From: the human T2T-CHM13v2.0 reference genome, Homo sapiens
Reading direction: 5' to 3' (one strand)
DNA length: 64,000 bases
NCBI RefSeq assembly: GCF_009914755.1
Contig: NC_060947.1
Position 1 is the stretch's first letter, and the number at the start of each line of letters is the position of its first letter. The notes beneath the pieces were generated by a model, which was not told the DNA's origin, did not search any database, and was given only the letters and a program-made list of their open reading frames with translations. This document shows, in pieces, positions 50,627-64,000 of the stretch. A program made the translations under genes and the position numbers.

Positions 50627-51518
50627 ATAGCCATTCTGGAAAACAGTTTTACAGCTTCTTAAAAAAAAAAATGCAACTACTATGCCACGCAGCAATAACA
50701 ATCCTCAGCTTTTAGCCCAGGGAAATGAAAACTTGTGTTCACACAAATCCTGTACATAAATAATCCAATTAAAAATGGGCAAGAGACCTCAGTACACATT
50801 TCTGAAAGGAACACATATAAATGCCTTCTATATAAATAACATATAAATGTTCACAGCAGCTTTATTCATAATTACCAAAAACTGGAAACAACCCAAAGGT
50901 CTTTCAACAATGTGAATGGTTAAACAAACTGTGGTACATCCATACCATCAACTAGTACTTAGCAATAATCAGGAACAAGCAAACTATGAACACAAGCAAC
51001 AACTTGAACGAACCTCCAGAGAATTATGCTTAGTGAAAAGAGTCAATCCTAAAAGGTTACATACTATAAGATTACATTTACATATTCTTAAAATGACAAA
51101 ATTATACAAATGGAGATTAATGGTTGCTAGGGGTTATAAAAGGGGTAGGGTAAGAGGTAGCAATAAAAGTGGGTATGGCAATAAAAGGGCAATATTAGGG
51201 ATTCTTATAGTGATAGAAATGTTCTGAATCTTCTCTATACCAATGTCAATATCCTGTGATATTGTGTAATAGTTTTGCAAGATGTTATCATTAGAGAATA
51301 CTCAGTGAAGTGTACCTTGGGTCTTACTGTATTATGTCTTATAGCTGCATGACAATCTATACTTATTTAGTATAATAAAAATTTATCTAAAAAGTTTAAT
51401 CTAAAAAGAAATATTCTAATTGTTAAATGAGCATTAAAAGCAAACAAATAAAAAACAAGTATTAGAAACATCAATATGTATTCCATAAGTACATAAAATA
51501 TTTTAATTTTTTTATTTT

Positions 51519-51968
51519 TAAAATTTTCTTTTTAATTCTCAGCAAGGCAAGTTACGTCTATATAGAAGGGGGTGCCCTTACAGATGGAACAATGGTGAGC
51601 ACACACTTGGACAAGGGAGGAGAAGGGGTTCTTATCTCTGACACATGTAGCCCCTGCTACTGTGTCGTTCCCCTATTGGCTAGGGTTAGATCGCACAGGC
51701 TAAACTAATTCCAATTGGCTAATTTAAAGAGAATGACTGGGTGAGTGTTTTGGCAGGAGTCAGGGCAGGGCAGGTAGCAGGTAATTGGAATGAGTTAGGG
51801 TGGAGCAGGTGATTGGAATGTAGGGTGGAGCAGGTGATCAGAATGACTCAGGTGGAGTAGGTAATTGAAAAATGTTGCTTTATGAAGAAGTTTAAAAGTA
51901 GAAGGCAAAGAATTGAACATACTGACATATTAATTCTTTGAAAAGAAATTTAGAACTCACATCTAACA
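51519..51968 (-). promoter_or_regulatory. 3' LTR10 (U3-R only) with AP-1 repeat, two CCAAT boxes, TATA-like GATAAGAA and ATTAAA poly(A) signal
   Basis: TGACTCA at 51844-51850; attgg at 51675-51679 and 51714-51718; ttcttatc at 51629-51636; tttaat at 51531-51536. U5 is absent. Confidence 0.75.
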
Positions 51969-52019
51969 ATCCCTCCCCTTGTATTTCCTTACAGCTTTCT
52001 TTTCAAACTTTTTTTAACA

Positions 52020-53860
52020 TGTCTTGGCTTAGTTGTTTTGCTTGGTTTTCTAAAGAAGCAGCTTCTCTGGATAAGGTAGAGGATAGTTAAGGGAGGTTTT
52101 AGTAAGTGCCGTTTTTATGGGCCTCTGTATCTGCTTAGGGTGAATGGTATGACATAGCACTTGACAAGAATAAGTACACCTATTAAGGCTGCAAGAGAAA
52201 TAAGAATTGAGGCTATTATTTCTTTCTATTTACAAAACTACTTTAGCCATCCTGTAAAGGGGTCTTTTATCCCTGAGTTGCTGGCTAACCCATTGGATAG
52301 AGCAGTCAGACCTTGCAATGTCTTTGTTATACTTCTATTAGGGGCGGTGTTGTTTGTGATGAAGGTATAACATTGAGTTTTAATCATGACGCAAACTCCT
52401 CCTCTTTCTGCTAATATCATGTCTAAGGCTATCCTATTTTCTTAAGCCATCTGGCTAGTAGCCCCTAATTGTTTAGCTATTCCTTTAACAGTATCTCTAG
52501 TGTAGTTAATAAATTACTGTTGGTTGTAGTAGATGTAGTTTATCCAATCTACATTTTTATTAATTGTTACTCACCAAAATATTGACTTAAATTCTGCAGC
52601 TGTTTGATCTTAGGCTTTAAACTGATCTAATATTCCCCATGGGACTCCAATTGCGTTTAAATAGACGTGAGAGTTAAAAGACCTATCAGGGGCTTCTCTC
52701 GCTTTACGATGCCTTATTTTTCCTTCCTCTGGTTGATGAAATGCCAGGGTGAAAGGGATAGCCAATTGGACTAAAGTACAAATGCCACTCCAGTTATTTG
52801 GCAGAGTGTCCAGTAAAGGTCCACCACAATACCACCACGCATCCGCTTGGGGATGAACAAGGGCTGACTGGTAAGCTCTTGAAAGTTCTTAAGCTCACTG
52901 CATCCCTTCAGGTCTCCAAGGAATGCTAAGTTTCCTCCCTGTCCTGAGAGACATGAAGTGAACTTAGTGTTGGGAGACAGAAGTTGGTTGGCCCTCGGGG
53001 GCTGACTTGCAGGATGCTGGATTTGGGGATATAGCAGAGAGAGAGCTTGGCACGACTTATTACTCCAGGCTGTAGAATCCTGGAAAAGAGATGCCATGCA
53101 GCCCAAGCCTGGTCGACTGGAGGACCACCTTAGTGGAAAGGGGACAATCTGGGCCTCTGACCTGCTGTGGACACAAGCATAACAATTGCTTTTGTTTAAC
53201 GTGCAGATGGAATATTTGATCCATTTTAACCAGGCATTTACATCTTGGTATCCTGTCTCAATTGCCAAAGTTTAAGTCTTTATCTACCATTGCTATCTTG
53301 GCCTTGTCCTTAGATGGAGGAGGAACAATGGTTCCATTATGAGAGGTTTTGGAAAAAGGTTTAGAGGCAGGTGCAGGCAGCAGGGGATCAAATAAATGCA
53401 TTTCAAAGAATCCAATAGGGTCTGTCCCTGAAACCTCAGCCCCAATACTATAAAAACTGGCTTAAAGAAGGGAACGGCCTTAGAAAAGGAGAAGAACTTT
53501 GGGGGCTTGAAATAATAGCCTGTATAGGGTTGCCCTGGTTTAGCTGACAGTTGCTGCAGGGCTGTCCCTTTAGTAAAATGAATGTATGGTCTTAAGAAAT
53601 TACAAAAACTGGTTTGGGCAGTCCATCCTTGCTCTTTAGTGGTCCACAGAATGTTGGACCAACTATTGCATAAAAGCTCTACATCGGGAGCCAAAACTCC
53701 TGGTTGACACTGGGGTCTTTATTGAAATCTCCCCAGATTACATGGTCTCAATTTACTAATGCCCAGTCTGAGGAGAGTCAGGAGGGACAGAGGTACTTTT
53801 CTGTAGTATAGAGCTGTCTTTGACTTGGCAAGTCCCCATAGGGTATAACAAGGCAAGCAT
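52020..53860 (-). pseudogene. Decayed HERV-I/IP env
   Basis: TM segment MILAERGGVCVMIKTQCYTF (ISD end plus CX6CC changed to CX6CY) and SU segment AIETGYQDVNAWLKWIKYS...NCYAC. Multiple stops. Confidence 0.8.
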
Positions 53861-53868
53861 AAAATGTA

Positions 53869-54184
<316 letters not shown>

Positions 54185-54249
54185 TTATGTTAATAACTAG
54201 ATGGTCAGCAATAGAGCGAGAAAAGAAGAAAGAGTAATAGAATAGATGA

Positions 54250-56335
54250 AAGAGAGTTAAATTTTTCTTAGCTTTAGTTTGGTAGGGTTTTCCCCTGGGA
54301 CTATGGCCCAGGACTCTGGAGGAAGTGGCACTTTCTTGGCTCGGGTGTGCTGACTCCATCCCTTTTTCACTATAGGAATGGCAGTCTCGGTGGGTGGTTA
54401 GCAGCACAAGGTAGGGTCCTTCCCAGGCTGGCTCAAGTTTTTCTTTTTTCCACCCTTTGATGAGAAGGTGATCTTCAGGCTGGTGCTGGTTTACCGGAAA
54501 TTCTAGCGGTGGTACCTGTGCTAAAAGACTTTTAGTTTTGAGGGAAAGGAAAGCAGAAGATAAACCAAGTATATAATTTCTAAGAAATTGACCTTTTGTT
54601 TTAAATGTGGGGATATCAACAGTGGTCTTCATAGTCTTTGGTGTCTTCTTACTGATAAATTTTCTTTAGCACCTATTTTTATTAGTTTTTAGACCAAAGA
54701 AAGCAAAACACCATTTATATTTAACAATGCTTCCTGTATGATTTTTGCCAGATAAGCTAAATTTCACCTGTATATCATGTGTTATTAATGTTAAATTTAA
54801 TTTTAATAAAACTTTGTAGACATATTTATTCCATTTTTAATGTCTGACCATAAGGTAAGATTTTTATAGACTCTTTTTAACCTTTTATAATTTTTGTTAA
54901 AGAGCAGGTTAGCGCTTTAAGAAAAACCTGTTGTGCTTTTATTTTAATGTCCAGTTCACAGAAAAACTAGAAGATACCCCTTTAACTTTAGCCAATATGT
55001 TTACACACATAATTTACTTTACAATTAACATTTTAAAACTTGATTAAACCTTTAAAACAAAATATACATATTTTTAACCTTTTAACGTAGGTAAAAATTC
55101 ACATTCTTATGGCTCCTTACAATCCTTTTGCCAAAGGTGTATTTTACTTTTCTTACACACCTTGCACATAAACTGTTTCTTCAATAGTTTTACATTTAGG
55201 AGGTCTAATTACTTTTAAATTATGCAACATTTCTTGCATAAATTTCCTTTTATAACCTTTTTTCTTTTTTCTCCATGACTTTCACAGATAATTCTTCGAC
55301 ATGTCTCAACTTTCTGACTTCTCGCACACATCCTTTTTTTTTTTTTAAACAACCAGTTATTTTAGGACAAGAACTTGCCATATAACATTCTTTTTACATA
55401 AATTTTCCCCCCACCTTTTTTTAAATTTTATTTTCCTAAAGATGTTAACCATTCTTTTCTAAAGTGAACTTCCTTCATGTCTGTGGACTAGACTGCCTAA
55501 GGCCGTAGGATTAGACGTTAGGATAATACGTGTTACACTGTTAACTTTTAGGAAATTTTACTTTCATTGAAAACCTTCTATGTTTGGGATTTCAATTATT
55601 TTTGCTATTAATAGACCTTGTTTAGTTCAAATTAACTTAGAATTTGTGTAGATGGTTCCTTCCTGGTTCTGTAAGTACTTTAAGGCGTGGCTGAGTGCAA
55701 ACAGCTCCCACGTTTGAGCAGACCAGTTATTAGGTAATTTTCCTAACTCTGCTTCTACAAGAGTTTCCCTATCAATTATTGAATACCCATTGCCACTTTT
55801 TCTCCCCGCCCTCAATCACCCAGGAGGAATCATCTATGGTCCTGTCCTGAAGGGGGTTCCTCCTAGGTCTGGATGGACCTTTGTATGGTAATTAAGATTT
55901 AAATCCCCTGTTAGGAAACCTGCTGTGTTAAGGGAATTTTCAGTGGTTAATGATCAATCATCTTTTTCTAACAGAATAGCCCTATACTTTAAGATTTTTG
56001 AGTTAGTAAGCTACCTTTTTGCTTTTTAACTTAGGATAGTTCTCAACTGGTGAGGTGTGCTCACAATGAGGCTTCCTCTAAAAGTTATTTTTTTACTTTC
56101 TTCTGTTAGCAGAGCAGTTGCCACTACAGATTGAATGCATCTGGCCATCCGCGGGTTACTGGGTGAAGGATTTTTGATAGGAAGGCTACGAGTAGTCTGT
56201 GGCCTCAGTGCTTTTGGGCTAGGCCCTTGTTTACACTGACAACAAAGTGGTATTGGAGTGTTAATAGGGTCACGGAGAAGACTTTTAATTATCAATTATA
56301 GGTTCTAAATTTACCTTGGCTTTTAAAGGAATAGG
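54250..56335 (-). pseudogene. ERV pol remnants (RT tether/RNase H at ~55620-56330, integrase C-terminus at ~54250-54630) separated by AT-rich non-coding DNA
   Basis: KEKLEPAWEGPYLVLLTT (integrase GPY/F motif); GYSIID...NWSAQTWELFALSHAL...GTIYT (RNase H); CIQSVVATALLTEESKKITFRGSLIVSTPH. Confidence 0.8.
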
Positions 56336-56359
56336 GTACACTTTTTTTTCCTCAACTGC

Positions 56360-56810
56360 TTGTGTATCTTTTTTTCTCTTTGACTTTCTCTCTCTCTTTG
56401 ACTCCCTTTTTGTCTGTCTCTTCCTATCTCTCTCTCTGCCTCTCTTCCTATCTCTCTCTCTGCCTCTCTTCCTCTCTCTGCCTCTCTTCTCTCGCTCTCT
56501 GTCTCTCTTCCTTTCTCTGTTTCTCTTCCTCTCTCTGCCTCTCTTCTCTCTCCCTCTGCCTTTCTCTCTCTCTCTGCCTTTCTCTCTCTCTCTGACTCCC
56601 TCTTTCTGTCTCTTCTTTTCCCTCTCTGCCTCTCTCCCTCTCTCTCTGCCTCTCTCCCTCTCTGCCTTTCTCTCTCTCTCTCTTTGACTCGCTCTTTCTC
56701 TGTCTCTTCTTTTCTCTCTCTGCCTCTCTCCCTCTCTCTCTGCCTCTCTCCCACTCTCTCTCTGCCGCTCTCCCTCTCTCTCTCTCCTCTCCTGCCTCTC
56801 TCTCTCCTCT
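56360..56810 (+). repeat. CT-rich (CTCTCTGC/CTCTTC) low-complexity tract in the ERV
   Basis: About 450 bp, nearly pure pyrimidine on +. It explains the ER-rich pseudo-ORFs. Confidence 0.9.
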
Positions 56811-56912
56811 AGGGTAGGGACCTGGGGGAGTGGAGCTACTCTCTCTTTCCCCAAGAAAAAAGGAAAGGGGGGGATTGTGTCAGGTTCAACCCTTGAAATT
56901 AGCAGAAGGCTT

Positions 56913-57150
56913 AACCCCTCAACACCAGGGATGTCTTGCCTTGCCTGTCTCAGAAGGCCCAACCTCTCAACACCAGGGATGTCTCACCTTGCCTGTCGCA
57001 GAAGGCCCAAACCCTCAACACTAGGGATGTCTCACCTTGACTGTCCTGAAAGGCTCAACCCCCTCAAACCAGGGGGCATCTTGCGTTGCTTGCCCTGGAA
57101 GGCTCAACCCCTCAAACCAGGGGGTGTCTTGCCTGTCCTGGAGGGTTGAG
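56913..57150 (+). repeat. ~48-bp tandem repeat, about 5 copies, in the ERV leader
   Basis: Units aacccctcaacaccagggatgtcttgccttgcctgtctcagaaggccc at ~56913, 56961, 57009, 57057 and 57106. Confidence 0.85.
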
Positions 57151-57726
57151 CTATTTCTCCCCTTTCTCCCTCTGAAGGTCCTCTGCACACTTCCTACTGG
57201 TGCTGTCCTCTCTGGCCACTCCCCCAAGGTAGAATCAGGCCCTTCTTAGTGTTGGCATGCCAGTATAAATCCTATGGCAGGATCCGCCCTAAGCCATATG
57301 AGATAGCTATGGAACCGCAGAGAGGACCCACTCACTCCGTCCAGCAGTAGGACTTGTCACCATCCACATGAACAACACCGCAAGCAGGGTCGTTTGTAGT
57401 CATTCATGCACACACACATTTAGCCCTCCAGAATTTGACCACCAAGGAAATACTTTACCAGCTCCTGAGGCTTCTCCTTGCTTGGTCTGTGCACAGAATT
57501 GTCGCCGCAGTATGTGAGAATCCTTTAAGCTAGGTTGCGGGCCAGTTTTTTGTTTGTTTGGTTGGTTGGCTGGTTTTTTTTTTTTTTTTCTTTTTGCTTT
57601 GCTGAGAGCTCGGTTTATTCCTCGCACTGGGTGGGTCTTGATTTCTCACCCCTGAGGCCACCACAATAGGGTGGGGTGCACCTCCTCATGAGAGAGAACC
57701 AGAGACCATCCCTGGAGGGGAATGTA

Positions 57727-57745
57727 ATCCTGGGTGAGACCTCAA
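57727..57745 (-). promoter_or_regulatory. Degenerate tRNA-Pro primer binding site
   Basis: Reverse complement ttgaggtctcacccaggat versus canonical tgggggctcgtccgggat, immediately after the U5 end (...taaca). Confidence 0.65.
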
Positions 57746-57747
57746 AT

Positions 57748-57880
57748 TGTTATATATAAAGATTTGGTGCCGCAAAAGAAATAGCACTTGAATATAAAAT
57801 TTACTTTTTAATTCTCAGCAAGGCAAGTTACTTCTATATAGAAGGGTGCACCCTTACAGATGTAACAGTGGCAAGCACAC
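57748..57880 (-). mobile_element. 5' LTR10 remnant (R-U5 only)
   Basis: Homologous to 51519-51604 (R) plus U5 ending ...atatataaca. U3 is absent. Confidence 0.85.
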
Positions 57881-58094
57881 CTAATTTTTAAAATTCTCAT
57901 TGTTGTTATGTTATTGATCACTCTGATATTCAAGGTGTCACCTCTTATTTGATTAATCACCCTTATAAGTCTCTAAATCTTTTTTATCTATACATCTTCA
58001 ATTTCCTGAAAAATAGCCAGATAAGAGCAAAATTTTATGTAGGGTGTAGTAACAGGGATCAGAACAGTATTCCCTTGAAAGCTAAACATAATGA

Positions 58095-58255
58095 AAAGAA
58101 GGGGCAGACCCAGGGCTTAGTAAACTGCATCTAGTCCCATTTCTATCACTAATTAGGAGAGTAATCTAGGAAAATCTACTTGTTCTCTCTGGGTCTCAGG
58201 CACTTCATCTGACAGAGGATAATCTCTAAGGAACCCATTAGCTCTGACATTCTAG
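58095..58255 (+). mobile_element. MIR SINE
   Basis: tctagtcccatttctatcactaattagg...aaatctacttgttctctctgggtctcaggcacttcatctg. Confidence 0.55.
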
Positions 58256-58511
58256 GAAATCAAAGACAAGCTGCCCTAGGGAAGAGAATTTTTCCTACCC
58301 TGAGCTAATTGGAATGGCTGTGTAAATGCCATTCTAGTTCTTATATGCCTGTGATAACTAGTTCCTCTCCAGAAGTCACTGTAGTTTCAGGGCCTGTTCT
58401 GTTTGCTAGAAACAGTGAAACTGAAGTTGCAGATCTCTTATTTTGTATAAATGTTAGGGGAAAGAAAACTTGGACATCCCAGGAAATGCAGTGGAGTTAG
58501 TTAAGAATTCC

Positions 58512-64000
<5,489 letters not shown>

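Noticed and set aside
56285-56962. 225-aa Glu/Arg-rich ORF and overlapping Leu/Ser-rich ORFs
   Set aside because: Translation artefacts of the CT/GA low-complexity tract.
56913-57150. CRISPR-like array
   Set aside because: Head-to-tail degenerate tandem units with no unique spacers, in a primate ERV leader.

Overview
This is AT-rich, gene-free primate (probably human or ape) DNA made up almost entirely of interspersed repeats. It holds four (near) full-length L1PA LINE-1s in two convergent pairs, older L1MA/MB/MC/PB remnants, three AluY, MER31 and HERV-IP10/LTR10 endogenous retroviruses, MaLR LTRs, DNA-transposon relics (HSMAR2, MER58, MER3, MER47), L2/MIR and microsatellites. I see no convincing cellular protein-coding gene; nearly all long ORFs are L1 or ERV fragments. 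Four observations stand out. (1) The HERV-IP10/LTR10 element at 51.5-57.9 kb has the structure of the viral RNA rather than a provirus (R-U5...U3-R-A tail, extra 5' G, 8-bp TSD at a TTTTT/AAAA site), so it looks like an L1-retroposed ERV processed pseudogene. (2) The two inverted L1PA6-like elements around it share many non-consensus variants, including the same ORF2 nonsense codon, which suggests gene conversion between inverted repeats. (3) A truncated L1 carries a candidate 3' transduction. (4) A cluster of rearrangement scars lies at 25.7-28.7 kb. Repeat subfamily names come from remembered consensus sequences and need RepeatMasker/Dfam confirmation.
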